Origin: Octopus sinensis
Taxonomy: Eukaryota
Length of the DNA stretch: 64,000 nucleotides
Direction: 5' to 3'
Assembly (NCBI RefSeq): GCF_006345805.1
Contig: NC_043003.1
Coordinates: 62,186,001 to 62,250,000, forward strand
Within the stretch, counting starts at the first letter, position 1. Every line of letters begins with the position of its first letter. Shown piece by piece: positions 51,520-63,504 of this stretch. The notes beneath the pieces were generated by a model. The model was given only the letters and a program-made list of their open reading frames with translations, searched no databases and was not told the origin of the DNA. The translations under genes were made by a program, and so were the position numbers.

Positions 51520-52330
51520 GCACATCTTGACCTCTTGGCATGTTGTATCCTCTATGATGACATGGGTTAGCCTGTTTGTCAGGATCTGATTGGTTTGAGG
51601 ACTGCACTGTGTTCCAGCATCTGCTTTAGCATAGTCTCTACAGCTTGATGCCCTTCCCATTAAATGCCAGCTGCTTTACCGAGTGTACTGCATACTTTTT
51701 TGTGGTACTGGTGTATGAGAGGTTATCATGCTGTTCACAGGTCTACAATCCCCTTTGACTGAGTGTGGTTACAGTAGAGAGGAAAGCAGCTTTGTGCTAG
51801 AAGACAAGAAATTAAAGTATGAAAGAAAGGGCATGAGCAGAACAATTTTCTTATTGAGGAGATACATGGCTTCTCACAATAGAGAAGAGTAGGTGAGAGG
51901 AAGCAAGGTGGAGCTGGAAAGAGATAAAATAGTGGTACAGTGTCAGAGTGAACCCTCAAGCTACAATAAGGCGAATAGAAGTAGGAACAGAACTGGGATT
52001 GTGGGTGTGTAGAAGTTGAAATAAATTATGAGGGAAGTTAGAGATGGGGAAATTTGATGATTGAAGAACAAGGATTGAGTAGAGCTGATCATAAATATAT
52101 TTTGGAGAGAAGATAGGGAATAGTAGGTAATGTCTGTAGTGATTAGGTAAGGTTGAGGAGTGGATGTATAGAATGATAGACAAAGGTGGAGAAGTGATTA
52201 ATGATACATATGAATTTGGAGGAAAGGCAAGGGAAAGAAGGTGATGACTGACAATAAAGGAGGAGTAAAAGACAGTAGAATAGTAATAATAAATTAGTAG
52301 ATAGGGGAATGGATGAGAAAGAGTGAAGTG
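51520..52330 (-). mobile_element. RTE family B 3' UTR with purine-rich tract
   Basis: CTCTACAGCTTGATGCCCTTCC terminus motif and the shared family B block at 51800-51880. Confidence 0.6.
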
Positions 52331-52519
52331 ATGTGTGTGTGGGTTGTGTATGTATGTGTGTGTGTGTGTATCTGTACAAGCATATATGTTTGTGTCTTCT
52401 CATTGTCTTCATACTGTTTGCATGTTGTGTGTAAAATAAAGTCATTGTCTAGACAAATAGCATCATGATTTTTTAAAATTCAACCATGGAAACATATCTA
52501 GACATTGAACCATTTGTTG

Positions 52520-52660
52520 CTTGAAAGAGTAGGGAAAACTTCAACTTACTTGCAGGTGAGGGTTGGCAACAAGAAGATTCAGCTGTATAAAAAGTTTTTG
52601 AAACCAAGTTTTGTCTGACCTATGTCAGCATGGAAAAGTGGATATTAAAACAATGGAAAT
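52520..52660 (+). mobile_element. SINE RTE-like tail fragment
   Basis: CTTACTTGCAGGTGAGGGTTGGCAACAAGAAG...CCTATGTCAGCATGGAAAAGTGGATATTAAAA. Confidence 0.65.
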
Positions 52661-52664
52661 GTTT

Positions 52665-52711
<47 letters not shown>

Positions 52712-54062
52712 ACATGCTCCTTTATGGTCTCTTATGCTGGTGATAAAGATGTAAATATTAAACTAACAGAGTAAATGGTATACATTTGTCTCAAAGTGCT
52801 GGTGTTGAAGACTTTTGACTTCCAAAGTAACTTCAAATGTTATTTATAAATCGATATTCAGCTTTATTTGAATCATTTCCAGATGTCATTTGTTGTCATA
52901 TTTTTTGGTAGACACATTATACATGAAAGATTTCAAGCTGTTTCGGTCTTATTCTGTGCCAGCAATTCACTTAAACTGTTCTAACTATTGGAAGGGTATA
53001 TTCAATAAGAGAACAATATCTTCTCATCATGTCTTTTAAAGAAATTAATAATAGTGCTAACATATGCATCAATATTCACAGAAGATCTTTCTTTTTTATT
53101 ATTTGAATTTTACACTTATACTACTTTCTGTTTTAACTTTTTGTTACCTGTTTCTGAAGGTCATTTTTGAGTTAATCACATTTTTTAAAAGTTCTGGATA
53201 AACAGATAGTATAGTGGATATTTAAGTGAGTCATTGTACATCTATTTATGGCTCCCTTCCTAATTTATTTGGAAATTCATGTAAAATCCTTGGAGAAATA
53301 ATAATAAAAGGCATTTCTGAAATACTTTTAAAACCAGTTGAGATATTCTATTTAACAAATGCTACCACACATGTCAGTTCATTAGTAGGCATCTTTGAGA
53401 TATTAGCATATATAACTGCATCTGTGTTTTATCTCTTCTTTTTACTTCTTCCATCTTGAATCCTACATTACATTTTCTTTATGCATTTCATGTAACAATA
53501 TTTCCATTTGCAAAGCAGACACTCTAAAATTGATTTAGATTGTCAAGGCCCTACATTTTGCTAAATATTACATCATAATTTAGTCTAGTCAAAGAAAATA
53601 AAAGTAGAATTAATTGTAAATTATCATGTTTTAAATATCTTACTTGGCACAAAATAGCATGTGATATTTTCATAAATGTCAAATTTTCACATCATATTGA
53701 TGGTACTCAAAAGAATTTAAAGAGCTTACGTAGAAATATAAGTATTTCATAAAATCAAAAGTGATCACTTGCAAATTTTCTTCTAGAAAAACTAGAGGGT
53801 CCATAGAAACAAACGTTTAGTTGCACTGTTAAATTTTATTACTCATGTTTTAGAAATAAGAACCACATTGTCTATGTTTTCTTTAGTTTTGAAATGAGAA
53901 TCACAGGTATATTTCTATTGAACTTTTGCTTTCGTAGTATACAGATTACTGCATGAGCAACTGCTATATTTTGGACACTTAAATGAAATTGCTTGGTATT
54001 TGCAATTTAATGATTATCTCTCTCACATTTCATGTTTATTACAATCTTTGATTTTGTGTTAA

Positions 54063-54272
54063 CCCTTTCGTTACTGTATTTATTTTGAGATGCTCTGTAT
54101 TTCTTTAAATATAACAAAGAATTTAGTAAAACAACTTAGTTATCATTCAGCTAGTGTTAGCAACATGAATTGTGACTAAGGTTTGGTGAAAGATTTTAAT
54201 TCAAAACTTATGGAAACAAGACATTTGTACTCAGAGCCAGAGCCTGTTTCAGCCGGGCTGGTAATGAAAGGG
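54063..54272. mobile_element. piggyBac-type MITE, 210 bp, TTAA TSD
   Basis: TTAA|CCCTTTCGTTAC...GTAATGAAAGGG|TTAA. CCC termini with a TTAA duplication are diagnostic of piggyBac. Confidence 0.85.
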
Positions 54273-54609
54273 TTAAACAATATACTTTGAGCTACATAAA
54301 CTATTTTCGTAAACCTTATTTTATTAAGGTTTGAGATGTTTGATAATTGTATCATTTTATTTAAATTTATTAGTACTTTAATTATTAAACCTTTCATAAA
54401 TGGAATTTGAAATTATAAATTGTAAAATTACACTTAGTGTCATAAATAAAAGTTTTTCTACATATATATATATTTCCATCCATCTTTTGTTCAGAATATA
54501 TACTATTTTGTCTTTTAGAGACTTGTTTCTGCTTTGTATAATAGCCTTCTGTTTTCAATATGGGTTTCTATGTTTCTCATGTGACTGTGCCATGTCACAC
54601 TGTGTCTGG

Positions 54610-54850
54610 CCATGTAAAATTTACCCATGCCAGTGCCACATAGGAAGCACCCATACTGGAGTTACATAGGAAGCACTCAGTACACTCTGTAAAATGGTTG
54701 GCATTAAGAAGGACATCCAGCAGTAGTAGAATCCAGCCAAATCAAGCTGGAATCTGACACAGCTCTTTGATTTGCCAGCTTTGGTCAAACCGTTCAACCC
54801 ATGCACATAATAAATGGATGTTTGATGATGATGATGGTGATGATGATGAT
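54610..54850 (+). mobile_element. RTE 3' terminus
   Basis: GGTTGGCATTAAGAAGGACATCCAGCAGTAG...GTCAAACCGTTCAACCCATGC...(ATG)n. Confidence 0.75.
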
Positions 54851-56602
54851 TGTACATTCAATTATTTCTAAACTTTTTAGATTTTATTATAATTGAGTGT
54901 TGGTGACATTGTGAAGTCCATTCTGCCAGTTATGAAACTAACCAATTAATATAGTATATCTATATATTTTTTTATAAGACCATGGAGTGTGATTTTTCAA
55001 ATTCTTTTACTTACTATTACTAGTAAGCTAAGCTGATATATGAAAATTGTCAGCATTATTTAAGTCTTATTTATGTGGGTTAACTAATTAGCATGTGGTT
55101 AAATGTGTCATTTAATTACATCTCATTATGAACCAACAAGAGAGGCAAGGTGGTCATTAAAAGTGGCAGAAATTGCAGCTAAATCTACCTCAAATTCCAC
55201 TCTACTATCTTGAAAAGGAAGGGGCATATTTGATGGTGTTGTTGTACTTGGTACACAATATACAATAAAAAGATGAGATGGTCGTTGTCAGCTCAGTAAG
55301 ATTACTCTTTAAACTCTTTAAGTAGATAACTCAGTTTCCTAGAAGCAAGGAAAGCTAAATCTCGTCTTGTCGACTAGTGCTGCATTGTCTTCACTTCTTA
55401 CACTTCTAAGGTTTTACAGATGATAAACATACACCTTGACTTAAGAGAAATCAAGTGATAACATTTATGGAGATTCTACTCTCCTTTGTCATATATCAGT
55501 AGTTACTTGTCATAGAGAATTTCATGGAGATTTTTGATTGTATCTGCCATGAGAATCTTTTGGCAAAGCTAACTGTTTATAGTATGTAGCCAAATCAGGT
55601 TACATGGAATAAAACTTTTCTGTATTGATTATTATGTGTAATGAGTAGTGCAAAGTTGTATTGTCTAGTAATGCTTGAGAATAGTGTAACGGTGATGTTA
55701 AAATTTTTTTCAGTGCAACTGTTAATGTGTTCTTGTGGAGCCAGAATCTAATTTGTATGTGTTTCATTAGAATTATTAAAAAGTTCTGTTTGGTATGATG
55801 GTAAAAGATATGATTATGATACTGCTTTTATATGAGCAGGATCTGTAAGTGCAAACAAAGGTTGCAGCCTAAAGGTAAAAGATCAATGTAAGACTCTTTG
55901 TGAATCCACATATCTGGAAATTCTTATTGTTAAAAAAATACTCATTTAATATTGTTTTAAAAGATATTTTATGTTGAATTGTAATAGAGCATAACATCAA
56001 AAGCACAACTGTTGCTGAATGTGGTTAGATGTATGTAATTAGTTTTTGTTAAATTGATAAGCAATAACTTATGTAATATCTAAAAAAATTCACTTTGTTC
56101 TTGTTCATCAAAGAATGCAGTTATTCTGCACAAAGTAATAATTCTATTTGAATACTTTTCAGAGATTTTGTGCACGCTAAGAAATAAAAGATACCTGTTG
56201 ACAGAATTCCATATAAATGCTATTTACAGAATGTACCATGTAAAGGGGAACAAAAAAGCAATAAAAAAAACAAAGACATCAAACAGAAACAAATAACAAT
56301 AGCACAGAAAATGGCTCACACACTCAACTAGATACATTAAAGAAACAGGACATGTAACAAAAGTACCCTTGTCCCCCCCCATGTTGTGACATAAGTGATT
56401 TCATGCTTAAAGCAGATGGCTCACATGCATGCTGCCCACTACTTCAATCATAGAAAGCCTTATGAGTCTTTAGCACAATAAAACTGCTGTCTCTTCTTCC
56501 CTTCCACCTTGGAAGAGAAGATGACTAGATGCAGTAGTCCAGTCAGTTCAAGCCAAGAGAACAAAGAAGTCACATGATGATGGGCTGGTGGGGATCACCT
56601 AA

Positions 56603-56936
56603 TCAGATGGGTTTCCTGAGTTTCGTTGCCCTTTCTTTATCACATAGGACTTGTATTTGATATGTTTGAGCACCATAGATTTGATAGTAAATTTCATCAC
56701 CTTGAATCTTATTGACCCACTGGGGTCCTGGACCTACTGGACAAATACAGCCATCTTGATGATGTCTGACCTCTGAACGTTTCTTTCTCTTGGCAATAGA
56801 TGATACATCATCCTGAATACAAAGAAATCTGCTCTATTCAATAAGCTTGTGATCTCTGTGGTTGTTGTTAGACCTATGGCACAATCTGCCTTTTCATTTA
56901 TTTTCTGTGTTAGATTGGAATCTGCTGTCAACAAAT
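56603..56936 (-). other. Candidate exon or pseudo-exon: strong acceptor and a 69-codon frame with RKKR-S...GCICP-x-GP
   Basis: Acceptor TTTTAATTTTCTCATTTGTCTTTTAG at 56937 and a second TTTCTTTGTATTCAG at 56813. The frame 56812-56603 is open; no partner exons were identified. Confidence 0.3.
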
Positions 56937-58007
56937 CTAAAAGACAAATGAGAAAATTAAAATTTGGTGCATGCTATGTAGCATTACATTAGATCATATT
57001 CCAGTTATGACTCATTAAAATTAATTCACAAAGACTTGATGCATCCCATTGTTCTGAGTTACATCTGACTCAATTTATAAGATCCAAATTAATTCACTTA
57101 TAGAATTAAAATTTAAAAATAGCATTTCCAGAAAATCAAATGTTAAAAGGTTTTTGAAAGGGTTGTCTAATTTTACTTTTTCTAACTTGTGGTTAATATT
57201 AACATGGAAGAATCAAAATATTTTAGACAGCAAATTTTTATGTTAGCATTTGGCCACTAAACCTTAATTGTATTCTTCAGAAAACTTGTAAACACTTGTA
57301 GTATTATTCTGCTTTGATGAACATTAGATATTGAGATACAGATTATTTAATTTTAAAATACAAATCAACTACAAAACACTTTGGTGCACTACAATTCTAG
57401 GACCTGATCTTATTAAGTTGTTTGAAATCTTGATAAATTTTTAATAAGAACAATATTGTCAGGTTGCAAAAATCACAAGGTAAAACAAAAATTCTTAATA
57501 AGAAATGTAAATATCATTTAACTTCTGTACTTCAGATAAATTGAAAAAAATGAATATCCAAATAGATGTGAATTTTTATCAAATCATCTTATTATTCTCT
57601 ATTAAATTGAAAAACAGTAATACTTTTCACATTAGATTTGCTGTTTGAGAGACTTTAATCATATAATTGTTTTGGTTTTATTTTTTCCTGTTCAAGAATG
57701 AGTAAGAACAAAGTAGCTATTCAAACACTTAAATGTTTAACAAAATAGATATTATATGCTTTAAGTGTTGACATTAATAGCTGCTTCAGGAAAGAAATTT
57801 ACTATTGTGACCCTTTTTCTCAACTGACATAACCATACTTTTAGTAAAAAAAAAATTATAACAATAAAGAATGCTATTTTTTAAATAATGCAACATATTA
57901 TCTTAACCCTCAAAACCAAAGAATAATGCAAATGAAACAAGATCGAACATAAATGCCTCTGACGGTTTGTAACTTTTTGTTTTTTTGATATAGCTAAACA
58001 TTTTCAA

Positions 58008-58257
58008 AGTAAAGACTATTTGCCAACATAAAGTGGCAGTCCTAGATGGGATGAATGTTACTGTTGCTTAGCCACGGGAAATGTCATTTCCATCTGGTCA
58101 TATGACACGATATCTGTGTCCTTATATTTTCGAACAGGGGAGCTCAGCACCCCCATCCAGCACAAAGCAACATCTGTGGACTGGTTTGTGGGGCTAAACA
58201 ACAGTAACATTTGTCCCATCCAGGACTGCAACATTATTTTGGCAAACAGTCTTTACT
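58008..58257. mobile_element. MITE-like inverted repeat, 250 bp, ~66-bp arms
   Basis: AGTAAAGACTATTTGCCAACATAAAGTGGCAGTCCTAGATGGG... versus the reverse complement AGTAAAGACTGTTTGCCAAAATAATGTTGCAGTCCTGGATGGG...; about 8 mismatches over 66 bp. Confidence 0.85.
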
Positions 58258-58631
58258 GTTACTGAATATCTCGCTTTGAGAGATTTAGCAATAATAATGT
58301 TTCTATTTAAACCTTCTGAATTATCTAGAAAATTTAAATGAAGAGCTAATAGACAGATTCAATGTTGGTCTCATGGCTTTAGACCAAAGTAGTTCTGAGA
58401 AACCACAGGACTTTCTCCAGAACCTATAAATTCTATGAACATAAAAGAATACCTAGAATCTGGGGAAAAGGATGTTTGACTGGATCTTCTTTATGTGCAA
58501 AGACTAGAAAATAATTTAGAAAAATATAAGTTTTTGGAAGCATCCAATAATATTGTTAAAATAACTAATGATCACATACTTGATTAAAAATTTTCAAAAT
58601 ATGATACTAACCTCATTTATATATAAAGATA

Positions 58632-58845
58632 CTCTTTACTCTTTTACTTGTTTCAGTCATGTGGCTGTGGCCATGCTGGAGCATCACCTTTAGTTGAGCA
58701 AATCAACCCCAGGACTTATTCTTTATAAGCCTAGTACTTATTCTATCAGTCTCTTTTGCCAAACCGCTAGGTTATGGGAATTTAAACACACCAGCATCAG
58801 TTGTCAAGCAATGTTGAGGGGACAAACACAGACGCACAAACATAT

Positions 58846-58888
<43 letters not shown>

Positions 58889-59054
58889 TACGATGGGCTT
58901 CTTTCAGTTTCTGTCTACCAAATCCACTCACAAGGCTTTGGTCAGCCTGAGGCTATAGTAGAAGACACTTGCCCATGGTGCCACACAGTGGGACTGAACC
59001 TGTAACCATGTGGTTCATAAGCAAGCTACTTACAACACAGCCACTCCTACGCCT
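58632..59054 (-). mobile_element. Full-length tRNA-derived SINE with CORE-like block and (GAGTAAA)-type tail
   Basis: Head AGGCGTAGGAGTGGCTGTGTTGTAAG...GGTTCAGTCCCAC (A/B boxes). GCACCATGGGCAAGTGTCTT resembles the MIR CORE. Internal (TA)/(TG) tract and a tail ending AAGTAAAAGAGTAAAGAG. Confidence 0.88.
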
Positions 59055-61154
59055 TTGAAGTTTTTTAGAATATGCGAAAAAGTTGACAATTAGATTAAGT
59101 ATTCTAACGTTTTATGAATCCTGAGGAATTCAGTATCGTTTCTTCAGAAATGTGATGTCTTAAATTACTTCTTCAACAATATCTTAGTTCAAATAGAGAT
59201 AACCTATGAAGTATTTCACTTTTGTCTAATAGAAGTTAATAAAATGATTATGTTGAAGATGATAGTTTGGACTTCAAAGATTTTACCTGTCTCCTTTACA
59301 GTTTAAAACAAATCTAATTTATTGCATATCAGTGTCGTCATATCACCTGATGCTGAAATAAAAGAGAAGACATCACCAGCAGATACAAATATCAGCAACT
59401 TGTCACTATCATTCCCATGTATGTTAAAACATTGATTTCAAATATACAAGTAAAATTGAAGATGAGTAAATTTAAATTATCTTTGCATTTTTCTGCATGC
59501 AGTAGGATTGTAAATATTGAATATAACTTGTGTGCCCTGTTCCATTTTGATTTGAGGCAAATATAAAAATTTGTACAGATTTTCTGAGAAACCACAAAAT
59601 ATTGGTTTGCATAATTTCCCTTGTAATTTAAAACAATTGAAATATCCTGATATAATCATGATATTTTTGTTGTTAAATAGGAAATCAACTTCTTTTATAA
59701 TTTCTTTTTTTTATTTTAATATTTCTTAAAGCTTATTTTGTATTGATTTCTAATTTCAAAAGCTATATTGTCTAACATTATATTGTCTCGTTCATATGCC
59801 TTGGGCTTTTTCTTATGGATTTTGCATTTTGCATTTTCTTCTTTTTTGAAGCCACAGTTCTGCAATTATTTTATGTTTGTTAGTAGCTTGTATTTTCTAT
59901 GGAAGATAAGGAATGTATCTCCTTTTGTCAAACTTCTGAATATACATGTACCTTAGAGTAACTTTATAGTAAAAGTATGAAGAATTCAGAACATTCTTAT
60001 GCCAAAGCACATTTACTTGCTTAGTTAATCAAATAATGCCAGAAGTGTTATCCTCAGTAAGTAACATAGCAGTATCTCTAAATTGTAACAGAGGCAAAGC
60101 AGATGCATCAAAAAAGAGCAATTACTGAAGCCTCAAGCTGATTGATCATGTTTTGAAAGTAATTGAGAGTCTGAGCAAAGTTTGTAGTAAGTAGGCTTAG
60201 TTTGGATAAGACATCATTTGGATTTGTACCAAGTCATTGAATCATATAGGCCTTATTTATAAAGTGATAGCTGCAAGAAGTGTTTGTAATTTGTAATAAA
60301 TATTTTTTCCTATGCTCTTGCTGATGTAGAGAAAATTCTCTTGTGCACCTGACACAGAATTCAATGATTTATGGTTACACATTAGTGTGAGCTTACATAT
60401 ATGCACGCTCGGGTACACATATGGATGCAAATGTCCCAATGGACTGTTGGAGTACAGATCTTATTCATATATCACATTTACAAGTAACTGTATACACAGA
60501 CCAACAATGAATTGCTACAATATCATTGTAACGCTATCAACACTCTACCTACTGTGTATACAGTACTCTACCATGTGTGTACTTGTATATCTGTGCATAC
60601 ATGTGCTCCTGTCAGCACTGGATTAAACATTAAGAAAATAAGTACATGCTTAGGGCATCAAGGAAAGTCAAGGTGGTGGGCACCACAGAAATGGTAAATG
60701 GTTTATGGCACAAAAGAAATCGCTTTAAACTTGCTAAAACAATATTCAAAGTGGTTTGTATGATCAGAAATATAATCTCAAAATGTTCATGGTGTCATAA
60801 TGAGGATCTGATCAAAGACTGTATAACTAAAAAGAAGTATGAGAAAACCTTTCAAACATAATAAAGTGGAGATATACAAAAATAAACATTTTCCCCATCT
60901 AACTGTTAGTTTTATTTCATTCTGAAAAATAAAGATTTACCTTATGGTTTATTATTGTTTACATTTTGAATTAGATATATATGAGGACACCAAAATATTT
61001 TAAGTGCTTAGGGCCTTCATGAGTCTTAATCTGATTCTGGCTCCAAGAACATCAATTAACTATTGTGAACCTGCTTTAGGGTTGGTGGTGTTTTTATAGA
61101 ATGTATTGTATGCATGCATACACAATTGCATATCAAAGTTACCAGCAATATGGA

Positions 61155-61497
61155 AACTATTACTATGGCACTCCGTTAGTTACAACGATGAGGGTTCCAG
61201 TTGATCTGATCAATGGAATAGCCTGCTCATGAAATTAACATGCAAGTGGCTGAGCACTCCACAGACACGTGTACCCTTAACGGAGTTTGTGGGAAAATTC
61301 AGCATGACACTGTGTGACAAGGCTGGCCCTTTGAAATACAGGTACAACAGAAACAGGAAGGAAGAATGAGAGAAAGTGGTTGTGAAAGAGTACAGCAGGG
61401 TCCGCCGCCACCCCTGCCAGAGCCTTGGTCTGGGAATCGAAACTGCAATCCTATGATCAAGAGTCTACTGCCCTAACCACTGGGCCATTGCACCTCC
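61155..61497 (-). mobile_element. tRNA-derived SINE, third family
   Basis: Head GGAGGTGCAATGGCCCAGTGGTTAGGGCAG...GTTTCGATTCCCAGAC (A box TGGCCCAGTGG, B box GTTTCGATTCC), followed by a body unrelated to the other SINEs. Confidence 0.8.
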
Positions 61498-61763
61498 ACA
61501 TGCAAACTATACAACACACAGGAAATAATCGTTATTATAAGCCTTAAAAGATTATGTCCCTTTATCCACTTGATTAACTTTGTTTTTGTTCCTTATGGTG
61601 CTGTGTAAAATATTGCTTGACATGTTGTTTACATAATCCAACAAATATGCCTGCTATGGTATCATAGTCTATCTGTGGTTGAATAATTGTGAAGAATCAC
61701 TATGATTTGGTATGAAACTATATTTTGGGTACTATTTTTCCTGTTTGAATCACCATACCTATA

Positions 61764-61993
61764 TTCTTTTGTTCTTTTATTCTTTTACTTGTTTCAGTCA
61801 TTTGACTGTGGCCATGCTGGCACACTACTTTTAGTCAAACAAATTGATCCCAGGACTCATTCTTTGTAAGTCTAGTACTTATTCTATCGGTCTCTTTTGC
61901 TGAACCACTAAGTTACAAGGACGTAAACACACCAGCATCTGTTGTCAGGCGATAGTGTCAGGGACAAACACAGACACACAAATACATACATAC

Positions 61994-62040
<47 letters not shown>

Positions 62041-62196
62041 TATATATATATGACAGGCTTCTTTCAGTTTCTGTCTACCAAATCCACTCTGGTTGGTCCA
62101 AGAGTATAATAGAAGACACTTGCCATGCAGTAGGACTGATCCCGAAACCATGTGGTTTGGATGTAAGCTTCTTACCACACAGCAAATTGTGTGCCT
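61764..62196 (-). mobile_element. Full-length tRNA-derived SINE, same family as 58632-59054
   Basis: Collinear similarity with 58632-59054 over about 400 bp; tail (TAAAAGAA)n. Confidence 0.88.
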
Positions 62197-62200
62197 ATGT

Positions 62201-62233
<33 letters not shown>

Positions 62234-62260
62234 CATCAGTGTATTATATATTTGAAATAG

Positions 62261-62548
62261 AAGCACACTCTCAAGCATAGAGCAGTATTGTATATATATA
62301 GAGTTAAATATATGTCTAGTGATTGAGTGACCAATAGTTTTGTATTCATAAAGGGGTTTAGCCCTATAGACAACTTGTCAGATTCGAAATCCAAAAGCAA
62401 ATAAATTATTTGCCTTTAGCATTAGAGTCTGACGAGTTGTCTATGGGGCTATGATCTTTATGGATGTGAAGCTATTGGTTGCTCTATGACTGGGCATATA
62501 CTTAACTGCATAGAAATATATTATTTCTCTATGCTTTAGAGCGTACTT
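62261..62548. repeat. Long imperfect palindrome (foldback), ~145-bp arms with ~1-nt loop centred at 62405
   Basis: For example ATAGACAACTTGTCAGA / TCTGACGAGTTGTCTAT, GAGTTAAATATATG / CATATACTTAACTG and CTCTCAAGCATAGAG / CTCTATGCTTTAGAG are symmetric about GCAAATAA-A-TTATTTGC. Confidence 0.85.
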
Positions 62549-62579
62549 ATTTTTTGAATATATGATACATACATATATA

Positions 62580-63444
62580 TAGGGTGTGGTGAATAGACTC
62601 TCGTTTAAATTACGAAAAATGAAAATAACACTGACTTCTCATTTTAAAAGACATATTTTACCAATACTAAAGAGTAAATTTATTCAATAAAATCGCCATT
62701 GGCTTCAATCATGGCCTCCAGACAACTTTGGAATCTCCTGCATCTCTTCTGAACAGTCCCCCTGTTTAAGTTGGTGAATGCTGCCATAATCCTTGCTTTC
62801 AGTTCATCTTTGGTGTTACAAGGAGTTTTGTTGATCTCTTGCTCAACAGCACCCCCACACATAATAATGAAGTGGGTTGCAATCTAGAGAGTTGGGTGGC
62901 CAGATGTTAGGGTGATGTGATCACAAAAATTGTCTGACAGCCATGACTGGATTCTCCTACTTGTGTGGCATGGTGCAGAGTCCTGTTGCCAGACATAAGG
63001 TATTTCAGCAGCCAGCCTCTTGACCCAGGACAGCACTACCTCCTCCAGGCACTTGATGTAGGCCTCTGTGTTAAGTGTGAGGCCGTGTGGGTAGCTGAAT
63101 GGGGGCATAATGTCCCCATCACTAGTGATCACTCCAAACACCATGATGGTGCCTGGATATTTGATTTTTTATCACTCCCAGTCCATGTCCTCAAATTGCA
63201 CTGCCCTCAGATTGACACCCAAACATTCTGAAATATTCGTATTGGAGTTTCTGGTATGAATGCCAAAGCAGTACAGTATATCATTTCCAAATTTCTAGCA
63301 GAGTGAACTGCATTATGGTGCAGTTCTTACAGATGGCACCCAACTGACCCTGTTATACCATGTAGTCAACAAAATCAAAAACAAACCATATACATGCACG
63401 AAATTAAAAATATAATTTGGTGTCAATTTACCCATTGCACCCTT
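62580..63444 (-). mobile_element. Tc1/mariner DD37D (maT-like) element, internally deleted, both ends present
   Basis: Reads IMVFGVITSDG...YIKCLEEVVL...YVWQQDSAPCHTSRRIQSWLSDNF...WPPNSLDCNPLHYYVW...VEQEINKTPCNTKDELKARI...EANGDFIE*. The N-terminus MQFTLLEIWK begins near 63314. Imperfect TIRs TAGGGTG / AAGGGTG are flanked by TA. Confidence 0.9.
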
Positions 63445-63468
63445 TATTTATGCACATATGTGTTTATA

Positions 63469-63504
<36 letters not shown>

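Noticed and set aside
59054-59054. tRNA genes at SINE heads (also 61497 and 62196)
   Set aside because: They have A/B boxes but no complete cloverleaf, and they continue into SINE bodies.
59347-59352. 6-nt minus-strand microexon (TTTATTTCAG|CATCAG|GTGATA)
   Set aside because: It has no supporting context and overlaps an alternative plus-strand candidate; it cannot be supported without RNA-seq.
60489-60563. 12-bp inverted repeat CTGTATACACAG / CTGTGTATACAG
   Set aside because: Short, composed of TA/CA-like sequence, and with no TSD or extended arms.
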